Assembly: GCA_013416795.1 (NCBI GenBank)
Contig: RQSC01000020.1
Coordinates: 41,857-77,593 of the forward strand
Reading direction: 5' to 3'
DNA: 35,737 nucleotides
Source of the DNA: Prasinococcaceae sp. CCMP 1430
Lineage: Eukaryota > Plantae > Prasinodermophyta
Positions 19,456-31,000 of the stretch are shown one piece after another. The notes under the pieces were generated by a model. It saw only the letters and a list, made by a program, of their open reading frames with translations. It was not told the origin of the DNA and did not search any database. The stretch's first letter is position 1. The number at the start of each line of letters is the position of its first letter. A program made the position numbers and the translations under genes.

Positions 19456-21043
19456 TCAGAGGTCTAGCGGCCTCGCCGCGTAGAAGCCCTCCGCCGCCTC
19501 CACGCGGCGCGTCAAAACGTTGTACAGCGGGTGAGTTTCCTCGAGCAGATTGTCCGCACCGCCCAAAACGACCGTACTCCCCGGTGGGCCACTGTGGTGC
19601 TGCGCGCTCGACAGGCCGCTCAGGCAGTAGCACGAATGATAATAGTCGCGCGACTTGCCTGGCTTGTCTCGCAGCCCACCGCCATCGGCCTGGCAGCAAC
19701 CGAGCAGCCAGCCCTGCAGCGCGTTCGGGTTGAGCAGCGACATGCCATCGCCGTCCTCGGCGGCAGTCTCCACGTCCATGCCGTCCTCGTCGAGCACCTC
19801 GCAAATCCCTGCCGCCGCCGCGCTGCCGGCGCGTGCGCACGGAAAGAGGGCAGCGGCCGAATCAGAGTCGATTGGCGGCGGTGGGCCAGCAGCGACCAAC
19901 CGGCCCACGCCCGCCACATCCGGCTCCCCCGCGCCGTCCGTGCCGCCACCGCTGCCCTCGGAGCCTGCGCGAGCTGCGGCAGCGCCCAGCGCCGCGCGTC
20001 TTTGTGCCTCCATGGCGCTGCGCGCGCGTGCGAGCAGTGGGAACGTGCCGCCCTGCCACCACGAGTAGCAGCCGTCGACCAGCTTGTGCGTGCGCCCCAT
20101 GAATCCCCCCTCCGCGCTGCCCTGCTTGTGCGCGGCCCAACGCAGCAGCGCGGGCAGGTCGAGCGCGTCTTCGCGTCCAAGGAGGCAAAGCGCAGCAAAA
20201 CCACAGAACGTGTAGCCACCGTGCGCCTCGTTGCCGGGCTCGCCGCCCAGGCCGCCCTCGAACGTCTGGCAGCTGGCGATGTAGTCGACGAGCGCATCGT
20301 CGGCCAGCGAGGGTGTGAGAATGCCCAGCATGCTCGCAATCGCCACCGCCGTGTAACAGCCACGCACGTCGACCTTTTGCACGAGGCGATGCGTGCGAGG
20401 ATAGCCCAAGGCACGCTACTGCGTCAGCGCAGAGCGCTCGTGCTCACACACACTCTCTGTCTCTTTCCACACGCGCGCACATGCGCGTTTTCGCGCGTTC
20501 GGTTCGCGCGTGATTGCGCACCTCGCCGTCGTCGTGCATGCGGAAGCCTCCCGTGTGCTCATCCTTCATGCGCCTGAGGTAGGCGTGCATTGCGCGGCGG
20601 TCGATGACGTTGAGGGCGGTGTCGCCACCAATGGTCAGTAGCGCGCAAGTTGCCGCGTACGATGGTGCGAGGTGCGCGAGCTGGCCCGGCCCGCCGCCGA
20701 AGCCGCCCCCCGCGCTCTGGCAGCGCGCGAGGAACGCGACCACCTCCTCCTCCTCGCGTGCGCTGCCGACCGGCTCGCCCAGCAGCGCGAGCGCGTGCGT
20801 GATCCAGTAGACGACCCACGCTCGGCTGGCATCCAGCGCCACGAAGCCCTCCGGCAGCGCGCGCTGGCCCTTCCGCAGGTAGCGCGCGTGCGCGCGCCGG
20901 TCGAGCGCGAGGCCGCCGCCGCCGGCCCCCGCTGTCGCGCCCGCGAGCAGCGGCCGCACGACGCCCTCGAGCGCGCGCTGCTCCTCGCTCGACACCGTGG
21001 GCACGCCATCGTCGCCGCCGCCACCTCCGCCCCCCGCCGCCAT
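19456..21043 (-). CDS. FNTB: Protein farnesyltransferase beta subunit; exons 21043-20522 and 20373-19456
   Basis: LDASRAWVVYWITHAL, GGFGGGPGQLAHLAPSYAA, DGE|VDVRGCY, EAHGGYTFCG, KLVDGCYSWWQGG, GGLRDKPGKSRDYYHSCYCLSGLS. Intron 20374-20521. Confidence 0.95.
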
Positions 21044-21098
21044 CGCCCTCGGCGCCCACCTCGTAGACCGCCCGGCCCAACCACCACGCGGCGCACGA

Positions 21099-21125
21099 TT
21101 AGGGTTATAATAAGGGTAAACCCTA
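21099..21125. promoter_or_regulatory. Telo-box-like elements (TTAGGGTT, TAAGGGT, AAACCCTA) in the FNTB/BDP1 divergent promoter
   Basis: TTAGGGTTATAATAAGGGTAAACCCTA; AAACCCTA is the plant telo-box consensus. Confidence 0.55.
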
Positions 21126-21315
21126 CACATGTCGCGCGCACCGGTTCGTTTTGACCTCCGGCCGCCTCGCCCCGGCGGCGAGAGGTTCAACACGGTATGT
21201 ACAAACCCGCGCCCCCGAAAAGCGGCGTCGCGCGGCCCTCCCGCACCGCTAACCGGGGATTTTGTGATCCGTAAGTTGGACAATAAAATTCTCAAGCGAC
21301 GTCAAAATCGACGGG

Positions 21316-23193
21316 ATGGTTTTTTGGGGAGAGGATTACGGACGCGGTTCGCGCGGCACGCGCGCGAGCGGCCGCCGACGGCCGTCGCCCCCTTCCCCCC
21401 GCCCCCCCCCNNNNNNNNNNNNNNNNNNNNNNNNNNNNNNNNNNNNNNNNNNNNNNNNNNNCGCGGGCGCCGCCGCGCCGCGCGCCGCCCCGGTGCTCTC
21501 TCCGAGCCCCGCGCAGCTCGCCGCGCAGCGCAATGCGCAGGCACGGCGCGAGCAGGCCGCCAAGCAAGAGGCGCAGGCCAAGGCGGCGGCGGAGGCGGCG
21601 GAGAAGCAGCGCCTCGAGGAGGCCAAAAAGCGCGAGGAGGAGCTGCTCAAGGTGCAGGCCCAGCTGCGCGAGCGCCAGATGCTCGCCCAGCAACAGCACG
21701 CGCGCATGCTCGAGCAGCAGCGCCAGCAGCAGCTGCGCCAGCGCGAGCAGCGCAAGAAGCAGATTGCCGATGCCGTCGCCGCCAAGAAGAAGCGGGAGGA
21801 GCAGGAACGCGAGGACGCGGAGACGCGCCAGCTCGCGGGCATCGGCCTGCGCGACGGCGGGGGCGGCGGCTCGGCCAGGCGACCACCCGCGGGCCCCTCG
21901 CGCCCCGACGCCGGCGCGTCCGGCTCGGGCATGCTGCCGATGCGCGCCGCACCGCGGCAGGTGACTGACGATGACGTCGAGCTCAGCGCGGAGCGTCTCG
22001 AGAACGCGGGTCTGACCATCAAGGAGATCATCCGCCAAAGCAAGGAGAGCGAGAAGAAGCGCGCGGCTGAGGAGTCGACCAAAAGGAAGGGCGAGGACGA
22101 CAAGGACGGCAAGGGCAAGGACAAGGACGGCGACGCCGTCGGGGACAAGGGCAAAGGCGCCGAGGCGGATGAGGGCGAGGATCCCGAGGAGGAGGAGGAC
22201 GAGGAAGAGGAAGAGGAGGACGACGAGGGCCCAGTTCTGGCGCCCCAGGTGCGCGTCGACGCCGATGGCAACATCGTCATCGACGAGCAGAGCATGATGG
22301 TCGCAGCGCAGGCGTCGCACGCGGACAAGTCAATGTCCTTCAAGCGCGTGCAGGAGAACGCGGTGCGCCTCAATTCGGCCACGTACTCCAACCGACAGAT
22401 GCCCGAGAAGTGGAACGCGGCCGACACCGAGCTATTCTACTGCGCGCTTGGGCAGTTCGGCACTGACTTCACGCTCATCGCCTCGCTCTTCCCCGGCCGC
22501 AATCGCCGCCAGCTCAAGAACAAGTTCCGAATGGAGGACGTCCGCGACCCCAAGCGCGTCGCTGCGTCGCTACGTGGCGAGTACGGCAAGACCGAGCAGT
22601 ACCAGCTCATCCTCTCGCTTCTGACCGAGGAGAAGACCCGTGCGGAAGTGTTGGAGGAAATCAAAGGCAAGGGAAGCGTGCCCAGCACGCTGCCTCCGGC
22701 GCCGCTCACGAAGAAGCAGAGCCAGGCGCAGGCACGCCAGGCTGCGCAGGCCGCCACTGCGGCGCGCATCGAGGCCGAGCTTGAGGCCGAGGAGCGCGAA
22801 GAGCAAGAGCGGGAGGCTTCTCAGCGCCGCGGACGCGAGCTTCGAAGCCCGCGTCCGAGGCCTCCGGCGTCGGCGCACGTCGGCGGGGGCCCGGGGGCGG
22901 GGGGCGCGTCAGGCACCGTAGGGGGCGGCGAGGCCGGCGTTGGCGCGAGCGGGCGGGAGCTGGCGGCAGTGGAGGCAACTGCCGTCAGTACGAAGCCCGC
23001 GGGCGGCGCGGGCAAGGGGACGGCAGTCGCGGTGGCGCCCAGTGGCGGCGCGTCTGGCAGGAAACGACGAGCAGGGAAACAGGCGCCGCCAAGCGCGGCT
23101 CCCGAGCCCGAGCCCGAGCCGTCCGCCCCTCCGCCTGCCGCCCCGGTTTCGAAGCGCATGGCCCTGCGCAACAAGCGGCTGCGCCGAAGATGA
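21316..23193 (+). CDS. BDP1: TFIIIB B''/BDP1-like SANT-domain protein with N-terminal coiled coil; a 51-N gap (21411-21461) lies inside the 5' part
   Basis: APQVRVDADGNIVIDEQS, then LNSATYSNRQMPEKWNAADTELFYCALGQFGTDFTLIASLFPGRNRRQLKNKFRMED, the Bdp1-type Myb/SANT domain. Confidence 0.85.
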   Translation: MVFWGEDYGRGSRGTRASGRRRPSPPSPRPPXXXXXXXXXXXXXXXXXXAGAAAPRAAPVLSPSPAQLAAQRNAQARREQAAKQEAQAKAAAEAAEKQRLEEAKKREEELLKVQAQLRERQMLAQQQHARMLEQQRQQQLRQREQRKKQIADAVAAKKKREEQEREDAETRQLAGIGLRDGGGGGSARRPPAGPSRPDAGASGSGMLPMRAAPRQVTDDDVELSAERLENAGLTIKEIIRQSKESEKKRAAEESTKRKGEDDKDGKGKDKDGDAVGDKGKGAEADEGEDPEEEEDEEEEEEDDEGPVLAPQVRVDADGNIVIDEQSMMVAAQASHADKSMSFKRVQENAVRLNSATYSNRQMPEKWNAADTELFYCALGQFGTDFTLIASLFPGRNRRQLKNKFRMEDVRDPKRVAASLRGEYGKTEQYQLILSLLTEEKTRAEVLEEIKGKGSVPSTLPPAPLTKKQSQAQARQAAQAATAARIEAELEAEEREEQEREASQRRGRELRSPRPRPPASAHVGGGPGAGGASGTVGGGEAGVGASGRELAAVEATAVSTKPAGGAGKGTAVAVAPSGGASGRKRRAGKQAPPSAAPEPEPEPSAPPPAAPVSKRMALRNKRLRRR

Positions 23194-23291
23194 ACGCGGG
23201 CGCCGATCCCTAGCAATCGAGCCACCCTTGAATGAGGTATACGTGCAGGCCGATTTTGTACATGCGAGGCGCACTACCCCGCCCGCGCTCG

Positions 23292-26223
23292 CTACGCATC
23301 GAGCTGGTAGAACAGCAAATATGCTTTCCGGGTGACGGCTTCCTTCTCGCTCGCCCGCGAGACCGACTCATCATTGTAATAGTACCACTCGCCGTCGACA
23401 GCGTTCTTGCCATATGCGGTGTAGTGTCCACCACCCAGCCCCCCCATGTGGCAGCTCACGGCGAACAGTGAGTACTTGGCACCTGGGTGCTGCGCGCCGG
23501 CGGCCATCACGTCTGAGAGCGACAGCCCCGTCAGCGGATACTGAACGAACGTGTCGAGCTTGTCGCGCATGTACCGCCCCGAGGAGAAGCGCTTGAGGTG
23601 CAGGCACAGCACCTTTGGTGCGCGCCACAGGCTGAGCTGCTTGGTCGCCTCCCGGGGCGCCTTGCACTTGGGGCAGCGCCACATGTTCTCCTTGCCGAGT
23701 TTTTCTTCGCGTGTGTATGCCTGCAGCACGTCCTCGAGCCGCAGCGAACCCCCGTCAGTGACCTTCTCCACGGCCCAGCTCGAATGCTCATCGAAGGACG
23801 CCGCCGACAGCGGCTCGACAGCCCTTGCGCATGATTCCGGCCACTCGAGGACGAGCGCCTGCGTGTCGCTGATTGTCGGCGCGCCGGACTCGTCCTCCTC
23901 AGGGAAGGGCGTGCCGCGGTCACCGCCGCTGCGCGCGCACAGCATCAGTTTGCCCTCGGACGCGCACGCGTCCTCGGACATTTGTGCGTCTGCATGGGCG
24001 CCGACCGCCGCCACGCCATCCACCTCCATGGCGTCCTCAGCCGGCGCGCCCCCCTGCTGCCCTGGCCGCCCAGCGGCGGCGCATGAGAGCGCATTATCAA
24101 CGGCCTGCCGCGCCTCCCGTGCCACCGACGCGCTTGTCAGGCCGTCGGCTGACAAGCATATCAACAGCGGATAGCCAACGACCTTCTCAGGCCCAGCGCC
24201 AGAGCCTGAGGAGAACATCCACGACACCACGCCAGGGGACGACGCACCACCTGGCTCGGACGGCTCGGTGTGCACACGCTGGTGCACAGCGACAATCACA
24301 CCCCCAGGAGCACCCTCATGCGGCTGGCCCGATGCGCTAGCTATGGGCGCGCAGAACGCCCACATCGTCGAGCCAAACGAGGCCCTCTTCTTTGCCGTGG
24401 GTGGCACGTGCTTCAACTCATATACGTAGAGCGACGGCTCCGCAGCCAAGCCTGCGCCCCCATGATTGGGGTCGAAGAAACCCTCTACGGGGGCGCCGGG
24501 CGCCAGTGTACGCTGCAGGCGCCCCGCACGCACCTCAGCCACCACCAGCGGCACCGTGGGCGCCATGCCAGCCATTTGCGCGGCTGCCGTCAGGACATCC
24601 TCCGCGTTGGCGCCTCGCGAGAGACTCACGCGCATCCGAATCGGGCGGCCACTGAGGCGCACAAGCACGAGTGGCAAGGTGCGGCGGCCCCGCCCGGGCA
24701 GCGGCAGCGACAGGTACATGACCGGGTCGAATGTGATCGACGTGTGTCCACAATTTGGGCACACCACACGGCTCTTGATCTGACCCTGCATCAGGTCGAC
24801 CACTACCGAGCTGTTGCGCGACGCGTAGTCCTCCCAAGCATCGGCGGCCGCTTCGCCGTCCGGCCGCGGAGGCGCGCCATCGTCGTCAGGGTCCTCCTTG
24901 TACGGCGGCCGAACACGCACGCGGTTGAGGTCCTCGTGCAAACCGTCGAGGAGGAACGCCAGCAGCTTTGCGCGTGCGTGTCGCATCGGGACAGTCGCAT
25001 AGGGAGGCGGCCGAGTTCGTGGCGTGTGGTGCGATGGCGGGCGCGGCGGGTCAGTCGGGCTGAGAGCTAAGGGCACGCGCGCACGACCCGCACGACGAGC
25101 ACCTGCGCGAGCGCACCTCCTGGCTGTCTTGCTGCGCGTAGCCGCGGAACTCCTCGCGTCTCCGACCGATTAGGTACTTGATCTCGTATGGCGATACGGA
25201 GGACCCCCCGGCGGCTCCACCCCACAGCTGCTTCACGAGATTGGCGTACGCGTTGGCGAGCTCACCGCCGTGTCCCAGCACGTTCTCCTTGTTGATGTCA
25301 TTGACGTAGTCCTGGTTGAGAAAATACTTCGTGAGGTGCTGCATGTTGGACAGGCACTGCAGCGCGCTGTTCATGAAGCACGTGTTGCCCAGGTTGCGCA
25401 GCCCGACGCAGCCGTCCGGCAGCGTCGGGAGCGCCGACGCGCTCGAACTCCTTCGTCCGCGCGACAGCAGCGACGTCGCCGCGAACGACTGGGGATCGTC
25501 GGGGGCGTGATCCGCTCGCAGATCGCGGGGCCAGGCGCCCGACGCGTCCTTGGTTTCCACCGCCACGCCGCTCCCCAGCCGCACGGGCGTTGGGAGCACC
25601 GTCGTCCCCTGGGCGATTCGAGTTGACACCTTTCCATCGCGCACAACCCACAGCCGCACCTCGGAGCCAGCGGCCGCGCCAACAGCCTCGCGCGCGATGC
25701 CAGCGAGGTCGCCCGCGCTCGCATCGCGCGGCACCGTGGCGCTCTCCGCCCGTCCACTCGCCTCGGGCTCGCCGGTGGCGCTGTCGATGCGAAAGACATC
25801 GACGACCAACGGGTACACCTCAACCTCGCGCGTGCCGAGATACCCCACGTAGGCGACGCGGCGCGGCACGGCGGGACCGCCGCCGTACCACTCGGAGACC
25901 GCCTCCCAGCTCATCTGCGAGAGTACGACGTAGTGCTCGCCCTCCTTGAGCCCCGAGCGCAGCGCGCCGTCGCCGCCGGGCTCGAGGATGGACTCCTGGT
26001 CGATGGGCCCCGGCTCAGGTGCCCGCCCATTGGCGCTCGCGGTGCTGCCGTCGCCGCGGGCGCCCACGCCGGCGTCACTGCCGCCGTAGCCGACGTGCGC
26101 AGCCCATGCCCTCCACCAGTCCGCCGTCACGAGGTACACCAGTTTCTCCTTTGAGCGCGCCGACTCGGCGGCGCGCACGCGCTCCGCCTGCCGCGCGGCC
26201 GCGGGCCGCCCGCTCGCGTCCAT
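23292..26223 (-). CDS. Ubiquitin-specific protease with N-terminal DUSP domain (USP4/15, plant UBP5/8-11 type); exons 26223-25117 and 24965-23292
   Basis: DUSP motifs (YLVTADWW...PGPID...WYGGGP), Cys box GLRNLGNTCFMNSALQCL, QQDSQE|LLAFLLDGLHEDLNRV across the intron, CPNC and CPKC zinc knuckles, His box HMGGLGGGHYTAY. Confidence 0.95.
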
Positions 26224-26232
26224 TCGAACCGC

Positions 26233-26394
26233 NNNNNNNNNNNNNNNNNNNNNNNNNNNNNNNNNNNNNNNNNNNNNNNNNNNNNNNNNNNNNNNNNNNN
26301 NNNNNNNNNNNNNNNNNNNNNNNNNNNNNNNNNNNNNNNNNNNNNNNNNNNNNNNNNNNNNNNNNNNNNNNNNNNNNNNNNNNNNNNNNNNNNN
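26233..26394. other. Assembly gap (162 N)
   Basis: Run of N beginning 10 bp from the USP start codon. Confidence 1.
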
Positions 26395-26684
26395 CGCGGC
26401 TGGCCAAGCGGGCGCTCGCCGCGCGCGGCATGCTGGAGGCAGTCACCTGGTCCTTCATCCCGGCCGATCACGCCACCCTGTTCGGCGGCGGCTCCGCTGC
26501 ACTCAAGCTCGAAAACCCGATTGCCGCTGACATGTCCGACATGCGGCCCTCGCTGCTGCCGGGCCTGCTGGGTGCTGCCGAGCGCAACCTGAAGCGCGGC
26601 GCGACTTCGGTGCGCCTGTTCGAGCTGGGGCGGCGCTACCTGGCGGACGGTGAGCGGGTGACGCTCGGCGTGCTGCTGGCGGGC
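26395..26684 (+). other. pheT: Internal fragment (~96 codons) of an alphaproteobacterial phenylalanyl-tRNA synthetase beta subunit
   Basis: [17 protein letters not shown]...[21 protein letters not shown]...[20 protein letters not shown] matches the PheT catalytic-like domain as found in Alphaproteobacteria. Confidence 0.88.
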
Positions 26685-27938
26685 GCGGCGTCGGTCGCGG
26701 CGATCGGCGGCGGTGCCGGCGATGCCTCGGCATACGTGACGTCCGACATTCCCTACCAGGTGTGTGGCAAGTTCCCCGCGGGCTACGAGCTGCCGCCGCA
26801 GTCGATCTCCGCGCAGAGCGCCGACTACGCGGCGAGGCTGTACAACAAGTGGCTGTGCGGAAAGATCGGCGAGTACATGGACGGCGCAGACATCAACGCC
26901 GCCGTCCGCCTCTCGCTGATGGACGTGGGCACCGGTGCGATGAACGGCTCCATCCGCTTTGAGCTCGACCGCCCCTACGCCGCCGGCCTGGGGGACATCG
27001 TCAAGCAGTACGAGGAGTGCAAGAAGAAGCTCGACGCGGAGCTCGAGATCCCCATCGGCTACGGTGACCTGTACGCGCTGGGAGGCAAGGTCATCATGAA
27101 CCGCTCGTGGCGCCGCGATTTCGCCGGCCTCACGGACAAATTCGGCCCCAAGGCCACGTACGAGGGCCTCGGCAAGGGCGAGTTCCCCGGCGACATCGAC
27201 GACCCGACCTTCTATGCGGCCTTCACGCAGTTCTACGCGCCGGCGGACCTTTCCTCCAAGGGCACGCCCGTCCTGCTGGGGCGCCCCGACGCCGACGCCG
27301 CCTGCTCCGAGGAGGCGGCGAAGCGCCTGCCGTTCGGGTCGGACAACCCCAAGGACTACACCGACTGGGCCAAGGGCCTGCGCGTCAAGTTCCTGGCCGT
27401 CGTGCCGATCGCGGAGTTCCTGGACGCCGACGGTACCGCTGTGGCCGCCATCCGCTCGGACGACCAGCTCAACGGCTTCTGGGAGCGCAACGACCGCGAT
27501 TCGGCCTTCCCGGGGCTCAAGGAGAAGCGCCAGGTGTACGCGTACTCCGACTTCATGGCTACGGGCGGTACGCGCGCGCGCAAACCCCCCGAGCCGCGGC
27601 AAAATGGCGCCCCAACACCCCCTCACCCCCACGCCCCACACCCACCAACCCACCCACCCACCCACACCCAACCCCCACCCACACCCTCAGCTGCCCTCCT
27701 TTCTTGCCCCTGGCGCTGACAGCATCCACACGCGCTCGCTCGCGCGCGCGCATGTGCAGCCTCGCCTCGCACCGGCAAGTTCGACACAACGAAGTACGGC
27801 ATTCCAGTGTACGTGAAGAACCTCGGCTGGTCGGTCAAGCCCCCCATCAAGGGAGTTGACCTGGCGTCGCTCAACCCGATCTTGGCCGGGCAGGCCGCGA
27901 GCCTCGAGTGCCACGCGCCTGGCCCGGACGGCCTGTGA
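26672..27938 (+). CDS. TL29: Thylakoid lumen 29-kDa / APX4-like peroxidase-fold protein, 5' truncated; exons ~26672-27567 and 27760-27938
   Basis: [12 protein letters not shown]...GL...EECKKKLD...[11 protein letters not shown] and LGRPDA parallel the TL29/APX4 pattern. [20 protein letters not shown] resembles the end of a lumenal signal (AxA). Phase-1 intron GTACGC(27568)...CTGAC...TGCAG(27759) gives the C-terminus ...[10 protein letters not shown]...GPDGL*. Confidence 0.7.
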
Positions 27939-28032
27939 GCGGGTGAGCGAGGCGCGAGCGGTGTAAAAGGCACTCCATTTTTGTGTACGGCCAGCCGCAG
28001 GATGTACAGGGATGGTATGTTTACATATGCGC

Positions 28033-31000
28033 CTACGACGCAGGCGCAGCGCTCGAGGAAGTCGCCATCCCGCTGTGCCGCTCGGCATCTGCGCTCTCGG
28101 ACGCCGGCAGGTGCGTCAACTGCGTTGGGATGGCGGGGAAATAGGCTGCCATTTGCGAACGGAAGCGATCCTTGTACTCGGCGGGAGAGATGACGGTGGG
28201 CGCAGCGCCATCCTTGCTCCCACCTAGCAGCGCGCTGGATTTCACCCAAGTCTCAACCTGCTTGTCCCACGTGTACTGGCGCACCCAGTCGATGATGCCA
28301 ACTACCAGCTGGCCGCCACTGCCGCCCCCTGCAATCTCCTCAGGGTCAGAAACCACTGCCACAAGCATCGAGTAGTCCATGACGCCCAGCGCCGACAGGA
28401 ATGCCGTGTCGTTCCACACGGCGCGCTCCAACGCCGCGGCGTGCGCGGCTTCGACGTAGATGGGAGCCTCGCGACTGGCCTCGACCAGGTTCTCGTCCTG
28501 GAGGACAACGCCGCTGTCCATCTGGTCCCCGTCACCCTCATTGTCACTCTGCGTGCGAATGTAGCGGCTGCGCATGGAACCCTTGAGGTCATAGATTCGC
28601 TCCACGCGTCCGGTGCGCCCATACAGCAGGTTTTCCATCACAAGGAGGTCCATTTTGATCTCGCCGTTGCCACGCGCGAGCTTGACGGTCACCTGGTAGA
28701 CGCCAAATACCTTTGCGAGGGCGCTGGCGGTCGTCTCTCCATCGCCTTCATCGCAGAGGATGCGGGCGACGTACTGGAAGTACGACGGCGCAAAGCCCAG
28801 GAAGCCGATGAGCTCCGTGCGGCCGAGCTGCTTGATGACGAAGCGGTCGTCCCAACTCTTGGCGAAGAACGCACCGCTCTTGCCTCCTCGCGGATGCCAC
28901 TTGCGGCAGCGGCTAAGTGAGCGCACAAAGTCGGCGTTGCCGAGCGCCAGCCGCCGCATGGCGTCGAACTGCGCGGCATAGTACACCGTGACGGCGTACT
29001 GAGAGCTCGGCCTTCCGCTGCTCACGCCGTCATCGTTCAGGGTGAAGCGCACGTGCGTAGGCTCAGAGCTTTCCATGCTTGACCGCAGCGTGTCGCGCTG
29101 GGCCGCGGACCACTGCGGCCCACTTGATCCGGAGGGCTTTGCACGCGACTCTACGCTCGTTGTGTCGAGCCGATGCAATGGCGACGCTGGGGGTGTTGAG
29201 TGCGAGGGCTCAGGGTCAGGGCCTGCGCCCCCAGCCGAGGAGGGAGCGGCGGATGCCGCTGCTGCCGCCGCCCTCCTCGCAGCCACCAGCTTGCGACCGT
29301 AGTCTTGCGACGCCAGAGCATGCGCGATCACACTGGTCGGCTCGTCGTCGTGAATTGGTATGACAGTGTCGTCAACGCCTGGGCTAGCCATGATTCGCCC
29401 ACAGCTGGGCAACAGCCCGAGAAATGTCGGCGACGGGCCGTCTGAACCAAAGCTCGCAATCGAGAAGCGCGAGAAGCCGCCACTGGTCGCAGCAGAGTGC
29501 GGGTCCAGCGACTTGCCGCGTCTGTGCCGGCCCTCCGAGGCGCGAAGCGAAGGCGACCCTGGGACATTGTCGGACGGCACATTTTCAGCCAGCATCGCCG
29601 CCGACGGGGCCCGCTGAATGCGGGGCACAACACCTGCGCCGGCGTCCCCGCCCAGCTCAGGTGCCATCGACGACTCAGGTGCCACCGCACCAGCCGAGGC
29701 TGCCACGGCAACGCCATCCGTAGCAGCCGTGGCAGCTAAATTCATCGAAGATAACGAGGAAGAACGGCGATGCATGCGCCCCTCTCGCTGCTCGCCGCTT
29801 GCCTCGCTGGCGTCACCCGCCTCCCCGCGCGAGTAAGTCAACGCCACAGATGACTTCCTCGTTGGCACGGGCCCGTCAATGCCCCCGCCGTTGCTTGCCG
29901 CCGCATCGCCGCTACCCCCGCCTGAGCTGTTGCCCCTGCGGTGCCGCGGTGGCGGATCCATCGACGCTTCGAAATCGGCGAGCGTAGATACCCACGTGCG
30001 CATCGTCGCAGCCAGGAGGCGCAAGAGCCGGTAGAGCTCGAAAGGGTCGGGCAGTGCTCTATCGGGGCTGCTGTCGCTGCCTTTGCTCTGCTCCTCACCG
30101 GATTCTGACCCTTCCGGCGAGCTGCCTCCCGTCGCAACGCCCCCCGCGACAGGCGAACTTGCATCTACGTCGGTATCTGCTGCGATGAGCCTGTTCAGGA
30201 GGGCCTGGCGCACTTCCCTCTCCTTGAGCGCGGCCTCGCTGGGTGGACGGAGCGGGGGCAATCCCAAGTCGGTCAACTTGGACGAGAAAACTCTCTCCTC
30301 GCCTCCGACCGACTCAACGAGTGACCGCAGTCGAGCCAAGTTCGCCTCCGGCAAGGAGGTATCGCTGTTTCCAGTCCCCCTGAGACGCGCATCCAGCCGG
30401 GCTAGCGACTCACGAACAGTGTCGAATGCGTCACGTGCAACCTCGACGAGTAAGCCGGCTTCTTCGCCCACGTGCGCAGCCCAGGATGCCGGGTCACGCT
30501 CGGGGAAACGCGGCGGCAAGCGCACGCGACGCACGCGCACAGGCATGTACCGCACGCGCAAGGCGGCACCGCCGCTCGCGAATATTCTGTCCTGGCCATG
30601 GTGCAGTGAGATGTCCGGGTGCGATAGAGTTGTCAGCGTCGAGGCATTAAAAGCTTCGTCGAGGAACACGCCGAAGCTCGATGCCCCTGCTGCCTCAGAC
30701 AGCCGACGCCGAACGAGCTGCGGACCCGCCGGCGCAGCTTGTCCACGAGGGCAGCACCAAATCCAGATGTTCCCGTCCTGAGGCAACACCCGCTCCGGAG
30801 GCACACAAAGGGTGTGCATGGTCAGCAAACCCGTCCCGTGCGCGTAGGTGCACAGCCATCTTGGCTTCAACACCCCTGCGTCGTCGCCTTCGTTGCGCAT
30901 GGCCGACTGCAGCGCAGACAGCACGAAGTGGCCGAGCGGAGCGTCGGCCACGTCGTAAAAGTCGAGCCGGCGGAGGCTCGGGCCTTCGTAGACTCCTCCG

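Noticed and set aside
15491-21043. DXR, ACP and FNTB (plus SQD1) as an isoprenoid/lipid gene cluster
   Set aside because: Different compartments and pathways, interleaved with unrelated housekeeping genes; consistent with ordinary gene order in a compact genome.
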